Shown: one piece after another, positions 27,915 through 37,000 of the stretch
Position numbering within the stretch: position 1 is the stretch's first letter
Layout of the letters: every line of letters begins with the position of its first letter
Source of the DNA: Candidatus Scatosoma sp.
Lineage (GTDB): Bacteria > Bacillota > Clostridia > Christensenellales > Borkfalkiaceae
Reading direction: 5' to 3'
Assembly: GCA_045611585.1 (NCBI GenBank)
Contig: JAZKXM010000088.1
Coordinates: forward strand, 1-56,941
DNA length: 56,941 bases
Notes under the pieces: generated by a model
Seen by the model: only the letters and a program-made list of their open reading frames with translations
Told to the model about the DNA's origin: nothing
The model's database searches: none
Position numbers and translations under genes: made by a program

Positions 27915-28491
27915 GCGCGCCGTCAACTACGTCGAAGCGTTGGGCCCTGGGCGGCGGCTGTGCGTATGGGTAAACGGCTGTTCGCGGCGGTGTAAAGGCT
28001 GCGTATCCGCGCGGTTGCAGGTGGTGGACGAAGGGACGGAAGCGGAGATAGAAGAGTATTTTTTTGGATATAACCTACGCGCGATCGACGGCGTGACGGT
28101 ATCGGGGGGAGAGCCCTTCGAGCAGATTGCCGAGCTGGAACGGCTGGTGAAGTATTTTCGGCGGCGCGGGGTGAAGGATATATTAGTATATACGGGCTAT
28201 ACTTTGGAAGAATTGCAGGCGAAAAAGGACGAGAGAGTGGAAAGGATTTTTTCACAAATTTCCGTGCTGATCGACGGGCCGTACGTTGCGGAGCTGGACA
28301 GTGGCAAGGGCAATTTGACGGGGAGCGAAAACCAAAGAGTGCATTATCTGGACGAAAGCGTAAGGGCGGCGTACGAGGCGTACCAAACGGAAAAGCGTTC
28401 GGTGCAAGAGATGACGTTGGGAAACGTCTTGCTGGGGGTAGGGATCCCCGATACGGAATACATCAAACGGTTTAACGAGGAGAAAAATTAA
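27904..28491 (+). CDS. NrdG-type radical SAM activating enzyme (anaerobic RNR activase-like), orphan
   Basis: 195 aa; CX3CX2C at 27979-28002 (NGCSRRCKGC); VSGGEPF; YTGYTLEEL; LIDGPYVAELDSGKGNLTGSENQR. ATG overlaps the upstream stop by 11 nt. Confidence 0.8.
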   Translation: MRIERAVNYVEALGPGRRLCVWVNGCSRRCKGCVSARLQVVDEGTEAEIEEYFFGYNLRAIDGVTVSGGEPFEQIAELERLVKYFRRRGVKDILVYTGYTLEELQAKKDERVERIFSQISVLIDGPYVAELDSGKGNLTGSENQRVHYLDESVRAAYEAYQTEKRSVQEMTLGNVLLGVGIPDTEYIKRFNEEKN

Positions 28492-28503
28492 AAGAGGTGG
28501 ATC

Positions 28504-30519
28504 ATGGCAGAATTTTATTTCGACAGTAAATTTAGCACGTTAAAGGACGATCTGGGCGTAACGGCAAGCGGTATGCCTCAAGTACACGTAGAGCGTGATT
28601 ATCAGCGGAGTGACGTGGGGTACGTGCTGTACGTTACCTTCCCGCAATGGGACGCGCCGCACTGGGGCGGACGGGAAAGAGAGCTGCCCTTTGACAGCGC
28701 GCGGATAATTTATAATGTTCGCGGAATGGGGATAAAGAAGATCATTGACGATTCTCCTACGGCGTTACAGAAAAAGGAGATAGAGGTGGACAAAAGCTTT
28801 TCCTATCAAAACGAAGTGGGAGAAAAGGATTATAAAAAGCAAGGGTTCCGTTACATATTTGTCCGCGATGAAAACGACCTTTCGGGCGTGGGCAAAATTA
28901 TCTTAAAAAGCGCCCGCCGCGAAGGGGAAACGGTAATCTATTTCGCTGTCAATTATGGATTAAAAAAAGTGATCAAATATTCTGTGAAAGGGGGCAAGAT
29001 TCTCTTTGAGGGAAAAGGAGTACAAGAAAAAATCAAGGTGCGGATCAACTATTCGCCCAATCGGTATCCTTGCCTTACCGAAGACAATAGAAACAATAAC
29101 AAGGTGGAGATCGAAATAGATTTTGCAAAAACACCTATTGCCGAGTGGTTGTTCCCCGAAGAATTGCTGGATAAGCGGGAGGGGCATCGATATCAGCAGG
29201 TGTGCGTAACTTTTGCAAGGGACGTTCAAGAAAAATTGGAAAAATATTACCTTTTGCAATGTGTCAAAAACGATACCTTTAATATTCGTCGTCGCGAATT
29301 TGAGCATCCAAATCCTATTTTCTTCTGTCCGTATTGTCATCAACGAATTGAGGTAAGCGCGGCAATGACGAGGGCGTATAAAAAGGGAGGTTGTTCTTGC
29401 CGAGGAACAAGATTTAACGAAAACGGAAAACTGTTACCCGTGATGCAAGCAACTGAAGGAAAAAAACTGGCTAAAAACGTAATGTATTGCGAAAAAGATT
29501 TCCAGATTAACCAAGGATTCAGAGCGATAGGTGGAAGAAGCCGTATCCTGCCTGAAAATTTTTTAGGACACAACCATTATAAAATTTTGGTCATTGGGTC
29601 GAAACGTGCTGGTAAAACTACCTTTATCTCTCGTTTATTTAATATCATAGGGAAAGAAACTAATTTAATAATGGACGCAGAAATGCTAAAGAACGCTACG
29701 CAAAAGAAATTTAAGATAGATAGTCGCCCCATTCAAAATTTACCTTCTAGGAATAAAGATGGAGCACCGATGCTTAGTAAAGACCTGTGGTATCAAGAAT
29801 CGACAATGGCAAAGGATCATTACGGCGGATATGCTATTCGTTTGGCTGATGGGACATATCCCGAACCGACGAACACCGTTGATTTGTCCGGATTGCCTTT
29901 TGTATTGAAGGTGAGAGAGAAAAACTATATTTATTTTTACGATATTGCAGGGGAAGATTCCGAAAAGAAACGAGATAGGGTCAAGCATCTTTTAGAAGAG
30001 GGCGTAGCGGGCGTATTTTTTCTTGTGGACGGTAAGACGAATGAAATGGGTAATACCTCGGCTTGGGAAACCTTGGGAGCGGTTGCTGAGAATAACCCTG
30101 ATATCCCTGTGGCGGTGATATTAACCAAGTTTGATACCATAGAAAAGGAATTTGATACAAATTGCCATTGTCTTCGCGCCGACGCATACGATATGATGAA
30201 TAAGCGGTACGACGGCAGTCAGCTGGAACGGAATATCGAATTTGCCAGTGAAGAAATACAGTCCTATCTTGCGTCTCGTAAACTTTCTCTGCAAACAAAG
30301 GTTGCCGAAGGACAAAAGGAGAAGGAAGATGAAAAGGCGAAGTTTAAAAACATTTGCTATTTTGGCGTATCCTCTTTTTCGGACAGCGACGCGGTATTCC
30401 ATCGCGACCAGAAAAACAACGAGGGGCAAGAGGAGAATTACCTAAAACACGCTTGCTCGCCAAAGCGTATGGAGCTGCCCGTGATTTGGATGTTGAAACA
30501 ATTTGGGTGTATTATTTAA
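28504..30519 (+). CDS. Zn-ribbon-containing TRAFAC-class GTPase with large N-terminal domain
   Basis: 671 aa. CPYC (29326-29337) .. CSC (29392-29400) ribbon; G1 GSKRAGKT (29596-29619); G3 DIAGE (29941-29955); G4 TKFD (30124-30135). N-terminal ~270 aa not recognised. Confidence 0.8.
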   Translation: MAEFYFDSKFSTLKDDLGVTASGMPQVHVERDYQRSDVGYVLYVTFPQWDAPHWGGRERELPFDSARIIYNVRGMGIKKIIDDSPTALQKKEIEVDKSFSYQNEVGEKDYKKQGFRYIFVRDENDLSGVGKIILKSARREGETVIYFAVNYGLKKVIKYSVKGGKILFEGKGVQEKIKVRINYSPNRYPCLTEDNRNNNKVEIEIDFAKTPIAEWLFPEELLDKREGHRYQQVCVTFARDVQEKLEKYYLLQCVKNDTFNIRRREFEHPNPIFFCPYCHQRIEVSAAMTRAYKKGGCSCRGTRFNENGKLLPVMQATEGKKLAKNVMYCEKDFQINQGFRAIGGRSRILPENFLGHNHYKILVIGSKRAGKTTFISRLFNIIGKETNLIMDAEMLKNATQKKFKIDSRPIQNLPSRNKDGAPMLSKDLWYQESTMAKDHYGGYAIRLADGTYPEPTNTVDLSGLPFVLKVREKNYIYFYDIAGEDSEKKRDRVKHLLEEGVAGVFFLVDGKTNEMGNTSAWETLGAVAENNPDIPVAVILTKFDTIEKEFDTNCHCLRADAYDMMNKRYDGSQLERNIEFASEEIQSYLASRKLSLQTKVAEGQKEKEDEKAKFKNICYFGVSSFSDSDAVFHRDQKNNEGQEENYLKHACSPKRMELPVIWMLKQFGCII

Positions 30520-30534
30520 AAGGAGAAAAACGCG

Positions 30535-32976
30535 ATGATACAATACAAACATTATCACGACGTGGAAGAGGGGTATAAAAGCATAGCCTCGAAAAACGCA
30601 GAGGATGCGGACGTAAACGTTTTTAAGGCGTTGGGCGCGTTTGAAAGGAGCGGGGAAAGTTGCTTTACCTATTTTTATCAAGACGGAAGAGGATATTTTT
30701 ACCAAAAGACCTGCAAGGGGGACGTTTTTGCGCACGGGCTTTGCGAAGAAGTTAGCGCGCTTGGCAAAGGTTACGCCACCGAATATATCGGGCAGCTGGA
30801 AACAAAATACAAAACGGAAACGGATAAGGAGGGGTATTTGCCCGAAGGGAAATTGCCCTATCGCCGCGCAGAGTGCGACCTATCCTTGGGGCGCGGCTTG
30901 CAGCCCGTCTTTGCGCGCATCGTCGATACTCTGCTTTACACGGACAAGCCCGTTGTTTTGACGGGAAAAAACACGGAAGAGCTGGTCAGATACGTCAAGG
31001 TGGCGTTGCTTTTATTCCCTGCCCAATATGCAAATACGATTGGGTTTTCCGTCTGTCCTCAATATCTTCCCGACGTATTTGGGAATACGGAAAGGGCAAT
31101 TGGGCGGAACGTGCGTCTAATTGCGACGGACGAAGACGTGCGGGCGTACAGCGGCTGGACGGTACTCAACGTCAATGGGACTTGGCGGGAGGAAAACGCG
31201 GAAGAGCTGCGTCCTTACGCGAAGGCGATCGACGGCTTGCAACGATATATCGTCAGCGGCAACGGCAATAGGGCGAGCGCCCTTCTCAACACAGTGTGCC
31301 CTTCTTTTGGCGGTGACGGCAGTGTGAATACGGAAATGCTGGAAACGGCGATCTGCGTATATAATTTCTCTGCGGAGCATACGCCCGAACGGGCGGCGGA
31401 GCTGATCGGCGCAAAGAAGGCGGACAAAAACGGCGTTGTGTTGTCCTCTATGGTGACGGAAGCGGTGTTTGAGATTTTAAATCAAGCCGAACTGAACGAA
31501 GAGGAGGAAGGCTTGATCGAATATGCCCGTACGGACGGGCAGGTGAACGAGCTGGTCAAACAGCAATGCGGCAGATACGCGCTTACAAAGCTGGCGCAAG
31601 GGCAAAAGCTGACGAATCTGCAAGAGGAGGACGTCATCTCCTTCTTGGAAGACTTGCCCGTGGAAGAATTGAAAGGGGAGGGCGCGGCGTTAAAGGACGT
31701 ATTCGGTGCTGCCCGCGCGATGAACACCCTTTCGGTATTCTGCAAAGCGTATGCGCAGACGGGAAAGAGGGAGTTGTTGAAGCTGATTTCGCAATATACG
31801 GACGTGCGCAAGACGTGGACCATAGCGGGATTTGATGAGGAGATGTTTGCGCTGGCAAACGGTTATAAAAAGGAACAGACGGCTTTACTGGCGGCGATGT
31901 TATCTACTTGTTTTATCTCGGTAGTGCTTGGTTCGGCAAGCATGAGAGAAAAGACAACTCCCCGTTTGCGGCTGTTTGCAAAAAGAGGGGAAGGCAAAAA
32001 CGGGATCGAATGGATCAAGGAGTTACTTTCCTTAAAAGTAGAGGTAGAAAAGATCGCAGGGGAAGATATGTCTTTTGCGGACGATTTCGAGTTTTTGCAT
32101 AGAGAAGATCTGTCCGCATTGATTGCGAGGCTTACCTTTGAAGAATGTTTGACCCTTGCCAACGGCGGGGCTTGTATTGAGAATTATATCGCGTTGCAGA
32201 ACGGAATTGTCGGGCGGCTGACCTCTTACAAGGAAGTGAAAGAGAACGTCGCTTTGGGCAAAAATTTGGAAAAATATCTCACGTTTAAGCAACGCAATAA
32301 AGAGGCGTCCGTCGACGGCAACGAGATAGACGAATATCTGGACGAATTAAGTAGGTTGGAAGAAGTCAACAAATGGGTGGAAGAATATCGGGGAAGTTTT
32401 TTCCATGGTAAATACAACACGGCTTCTTTGGAGCAACGGAAAAAGATTGCCGCCGAAGTGGCGTTGAAAACGGGAAAGACGTATAACGTCAACGGGAAAA
32501 CAGACAAGGAAGAAGGCAAGGACCAGCTGAAAGAGCTGCTGTTGGATAACAAAATTTCCTTTGCTGAAAAAGAGGAGATAACGGACATTATGTCCAACGC
32601 GTTGCATAATGAGCTTGTGGGGAAGAATAAAAATTCGAACATTCGCAACGTGCTGTTTTTGATGTATTCGTGCCTGTTGGGGGTGCTGTTGATGGCGATC
32701 ACGTGCGTAATTTTTGCGGTACTACCCATTGCGTCCTCCGTGCTGTTGGAGGTGGATATGTTGAAAAGAACGATTGGCTTTTTCACCGTCTACCATTTGA
32801 TTGCGATAGCGTACGTGGGCGTATTAGCCGTTGCAACGTATAGAAGGTGTTGGAAGAAGAGCGACGAGGACAGATTGGGCTCGTTGAAAAAATCGGTGCG
32901 GGTAACGCTGTTGTACGGCGTATTGCCGGCGTTTCTGTACGCGGTGGCGTATGCAGTGACATATTTTGTGCTTTGA
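30535..32976 (+). CDS. hypothetical 813-aa protein, C-terminally membrane-anchored
   Basis: RBS AAAGGAGAAAAA. About 700 aa soluble region without a recognised motif, then 3 hydrophobic helices in the last ~110 aa (nt ~32641-32973). Confidence 0.75.
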   Translation: MIQYKHYHDVEEGYKSIASKNAEDADVNVFKALGAFERSGESCFTYFYQDGRGYFYQKTCKGDVFAHGLCEEVSALGKGYATEYIGQLETKYKTETDKEGYLPEGKLPYRRAECDLSLGRGLQPVFARIVDTLLYTDKPVVLTGKNTEELVRYVKVALLLFPAQYANTIGFSVCPQYLPDVFGNTERAIGRNVRLIATDEDVRAYSGWTVLNVNGTWREENAEELRPYAKAIDGLQRYIVSGNGNRASALLNTVCPSFGGDGSVNTEMLETAICVYNFSAEHTPERAAELIGAKKADKNGVVLSSMVTEAVFEILNQAELNEEEEGLIEYARTDGQVNELVKQQCGRYALTKLAQGQKLTNLQEEDVISFLEDLPVEELKGEGAALKDVFGAARAMNTLSVFCKAYAQTGKRELLKLISQYTDVRKTWTIAGFDEEMFALANGYKKEQTALLAAMLSTCFISVVLGSASMREKTTPRLRLFAKRGEGKNGIEWIKELLSLKVEVEKIAGEDMSFADDFEFLHREDLSALIARLTFEECLTLANGGACIENYIALQNGIVGRLTSYKEVKENVALGKNLEKYLTFKQRNKEASVDGNEIDEYLDELSRLEEVNKWVEEYRGSFFHGKYNTASLEQRKKIAAEVALKTGKTYNVNGKTDKEEGKDQLKELLLDNKISFAEKEEITDIMSNALHNELVGKNKNSNIRNVLFLMYSCLLGVLLMAITCVIFAVLPIASSVLLEVDMLKRTIGFFTVYHLIAIAYVGVLAVATYRRCWKKSDEDRLGSLKKSVRVTLLYGVLPAFLYAVAYAVTYFVL

Positions 32977-32981
32977 GGTGA

Positions 32982-33974
32982 ATGATGGCTAAGAAGAAGA
33001 TATTTTCGATAAAAACGATATTGCTTTTGATCTGTCTTGTCGGCGGGGCGTTTTTGGGCTTTTTCGACGCGACGGTCTTGGGCGTGAACTTCTTTGAGGA
33101 AAAGGTGTATGAAGCGGAGGTGGATTCGCAAGACGATCTTTTGGAGATGGGCGGGTCCTTCCACAACAACGTCATCAAGCTGACGGGGGATTTTTTGGTT
33201 GACCAAAAGGGAGGCTTTGCCTCTAAGGAATTCCCCTTTGTCGGGACGTTTGACGGGCAGGGGCATACGATTGAATTTAAAGATTTTAGAAAGACGGACG
33301 ACGAGGGCGTGGAGAGCGTGGAAAAATACAACGTTTGCCGTTCCTTCTTTGGGTATATCGGCAAAGGCGGGGTCGTGAAGAATTTGACGATCAAGGTTTC
33401 GACCGCGGATATGAAAAACAAGCTGGGCGGCATTTTTGCCTTGGAAAACGAAGGAAAAATCGTCAACTGCAAGGTTGTCGTGGGGAAATATACCGTGATG
33501 ACGAAAGGTATATACGGCGGCTTGGTCGGACGGAATAAGGGGGACGTGGAAAACGTCGTCTGCGAGGTGTACTTCGATAAAAATATTATGGCGGAAGAAG
33601 TCGAAAGTAAGCAAAAATTAGCGCTTGGCGGGCTGTGCGCGTACAACACGGGGAACGTGCGCTCGTGCATTGTGAAGACGACGTTTAACGCAAATCAATT
33701 TGAAGAAACGCAAGAAAAGCTGGTGTTTGAAGGGAAGCAGTACAATAACCGAATCGGCGGGGTGTACGGCCCGAAAAGCAGCGTGGGGAAGGTGGAAAAA
33801 ACCGTTTGCCTGATTGATACGGGGGTAGCCGTATCCGATAAAGACGGGGCGGGTATCACCTTTGAGCGCGACGCAAGCAAGGTGTACAATTATTTTGTGT
33901 TGGAAGAGCTTGGCTTTAACGTGGACGAATGGAAGCTGGAAGATAATACGTTTGTTTTGGATATGGAGAGATAA
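32982..33974 (+). CDS. membrane-anchored GLUG-motif protein
   Basis: 330 aa; N-terminal TM (ILLLICLVGGAFLGFF); repeated GLUG-type motifs YGGLVGRNKGDVENV, LGGLCAYNTGNVRSC, IGGVYGP. Confidence 0.7.
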   Translation: MMAKKKIFSIKTILLLICLVGGAFLGFFDATVLGVNFFEEKVYEAEVDSQDDLLEMGGSFHNNVIKLTGDFLVDQKGGFASKEFPFVGTFDGQGHTIEFKDFRKTDDEGVESVEKYNVCRSFFGYIGKGGVVKNLTIKVSTADMKNKLGGIFALENEGKIVNCKVVVGKYTVMTKGIYGGLVGRNKGDVENVVCEVYFDKNIMAEEVESKQKLALGGLCAYNTGNVRSCIVKTTFNANQFEETQEKLVFEGKQYNNRIGGVYGPKSSVGKVEKTVCLIDTGVAVSDKDGAGITFERDASKVYNYFVLEELGFNVDEWKLEDNTFVLDMER

Positions 33975-34038
33975 GGAAAAAAGCGCCTAACGGCGAACGA
34001 ACGAAACGAACCTAACGAAAGATAGGAGAAAAAAGGTT

Positions 34039-37000
34039 ATGAGAAACAGAACGAGATTTTCGCTAAAATGGGTGGGGTTGATCCTTGTGATTATACTTGC
34101 CGCGTTTGGATTGACTGCTTGTAAAAAGGGCAAACAAACGAAGTACGAAATCATCGCGACCGACGAGATAGAGGTGCTGGTAGATAGAGAAGCCTCCTTA
34201 GACCCCGTGTTGATGGACGGAGAGGGGAATTTTTTGGACGGAAAATTCCGTTACGAATACGAGGGCTTTGAACAGTACATAGCTATCGAATACGGAACAA
34301 TTACGGCTTTGAAACCGTACGACGGGGATATCGAGGTAACCATCATCGAAAAGGACAAAGGACTGAAAAAGACGGTGACGGTGCGGATTATTTCCGAGCT
34401 GTCAGGCGTTTTAGAGCTCCGTGACGAAACGGGCGTACCCGTTGATGGCGAGATTAAAATGACCCTTGGACAATCTATGGTGTTCGAGGCGGTAACGCTG
34501 CCCGCAGGGACGGCGATCGAACAATATTTTTCCTTCCGCTCGGCAGACATCGAGGGGACGGAAAAGCACGTTTTTGACGTTTCCGTTTCTCAAAACAAAG
34601 TTACGGTGACCGCGGTCGGTTTAGGCAAAGGGGAGATGAACTTCCTTTTGAAAAACGAAAGCCGCCACGTCAACGAAACCTTCTCCTATCCGTTTACCGT
34701 TGGATTTGCTTCGGAAACGGATGGCAGCGCTCCGCTTGGAAAAGCGGTTTTGGACGGCGCGGGGAAAACTCTGCTTTCTAAGCAAGAGCTTTCTGAGGTA
34801 AAGCGCGTTGTCTTTGCGGAGGACGTTACGCAATTTTCCGCTGCGGAAGCAAAGACGTATTTACCCGCCCTGCAAGCCCTTATATTTACGGGCGAAAAGA
34901 AAGTAATGCCGAACTCCTTTGAGGATTTGGCGCAAGGCTGGAAATTCCGCGTGAAAGGCTTGGACGCGTATCAGGCGTACCGCGCGGACGAGGCTTGGGG
35001 CGCGGTTGCAGAGCGCGTATATCCTTACGAAACGGACCATACGAAGCCCGTTTTGGTGTATCATAACGAAGGAACTGTACGGCTGGGCGGCGATATGTTG
35101 TTTGAACAGCATATATACAATTTTGAAGAGAGCGATTATTCGTTCAAGAGTGAAACTTCGCCGCTGTTAAAGGCGGTGGAAGCGCCCGAAACGGTGGAAG
35201 AATACGCCTTTGCGGGGTACGATTTTGCGGGCTGGACGGACGCGCAAGGGGTGCCTTTTGACGGAGAGGATATCTCCAAAGTGACGGAAGGGATTCATTT
35301 GACGGCGAACTGGACGGCGAAGGAATACACGGTCACCTTAAACGGTTACCCGCAAGGGGACGGGGAAAACGTGACGGTGAAGGTTGCCTATAACGGCGTG
35401 TTGCCCCTGCTTGCGGACGGGGAAAAGGACTGCTGGACGTTTGTGGGGTGGTACCTTTCCAAAGAATACAAAGACGAAGAAAAGGTGGATACGGAGCTGC
35501 TGTACCATACGGCAAGCGATTTGATCTTATACGCGAAATTTACGGCGCAGCTGAGATTTTTTTACTATCAATGGACGGGTGCGCAAGATATAACGGTGCC
35601 TATCGTTTACGGGAAGCCGATTGGGGAGAGTATGCCCGAGCATACGGCGCCTATCAACGGCTGGACATTTGAGGGGTGGTATTATGGGTCTTCCTGCCGT
35701 GAGGGCGAGGAAATGACAAGCGATCAGCCTTACACCCGCGAGGGGGATTTCTTCCAAGGCTTTTCGCATACTTTGTATCCGAAATGTACCTATATCGCAA
35801 AGCTGGAAACGTTTGGCTTAGCGGAAACCAACCCTACGCAGTTGATTGTGCGGGCGGGCAAGTCGGTCAATCTGTCCCTCTATTTGGAAGGGCAGGATTT
35901 GTACATGATGAACCTTGTCGGAAAGGACGGTTGGACGTTTAAGGGCTGGACGGCGCAAACCTATTACGAGGACGGGTTTAAAACTCTGGGTTTGGATCAG
36001 CATTTTATCATTGACGACGATGAAACGCAGTTGACCCCTGCCAACGCGCCCGTGCTGTACGCGATTTACGAAACGGAGAACACATACGTTTACGGGCCGA
36101 AGGGCGCGGAAAGCGAAAAACAGACGGTTGTTTTTGGCTGTCAAAGCGATCTTTTAAACCCCGAATTGGAGGAATATAAGCAAATAAACTCGTTTGACGG
36201 ATATTTGTTTGCAGGCTGGTATTTAGGGACGGAAAGACAAACATCCTTACAGCAAATCACCGCCGAATTTGCAGGCAGAACGTACGTTGGGAAATATAAT
36301 GCAAAGGTATATACCGCGCATTTTGATTTTTTTGGACAGGAATTGACGGAACACGCGCGCACGTTTACCGACGTGGGGACGGATTTGACGGATAACGTTT
36401 TAAATAACAATACGGACGGCTTGGCGGGACGTGTGATCGAGGTGCCTGCCGTGCAGGAAAAGACGGGGTATCGCGGATTTTGGACGTATAACGGCAAAGA
36501 GATCGCCGTAGAAGAAGGGCGTTACACCGTTGAAGCGGACGTGTTTAGGGACGTTACGCTGGTTGCGGATTACGAGGCGAATGCCTATTATATTCATTTG
36601 GATACGCACGGAATTTCTGAAAGCATTTCAAAAGAGGTGAGATACGACGGGGATTACAGCTTGCCTATTGATGACGTGCCTACGCCCACGGGGACGGATT
36701 ACGATTTTGTCGGGTGGTATTTGTCCAAAGAGTATAAGGAAGAAGATAAGATACAGGAAGGAACGTATAAGTGGACGGAAGATATCACCGTTTACGCGAA
36801 ATACACTATATCGGTGAGCTTTGTCGAATATACTCGTTTCAATGCGGAAGAGGACGTCGGCGGAAACAAGTCTGCCGTCTTTACCTACGGTAAGACGGCG
36901 GAATTTGATACGTTGGACGTACGCGGAGGTTGGTCGTTTGCGGGCTGGTATTATAAGGAAGACGGCGTTGAAAAGCCCGTCGAATATGAAGAAGGGACAA

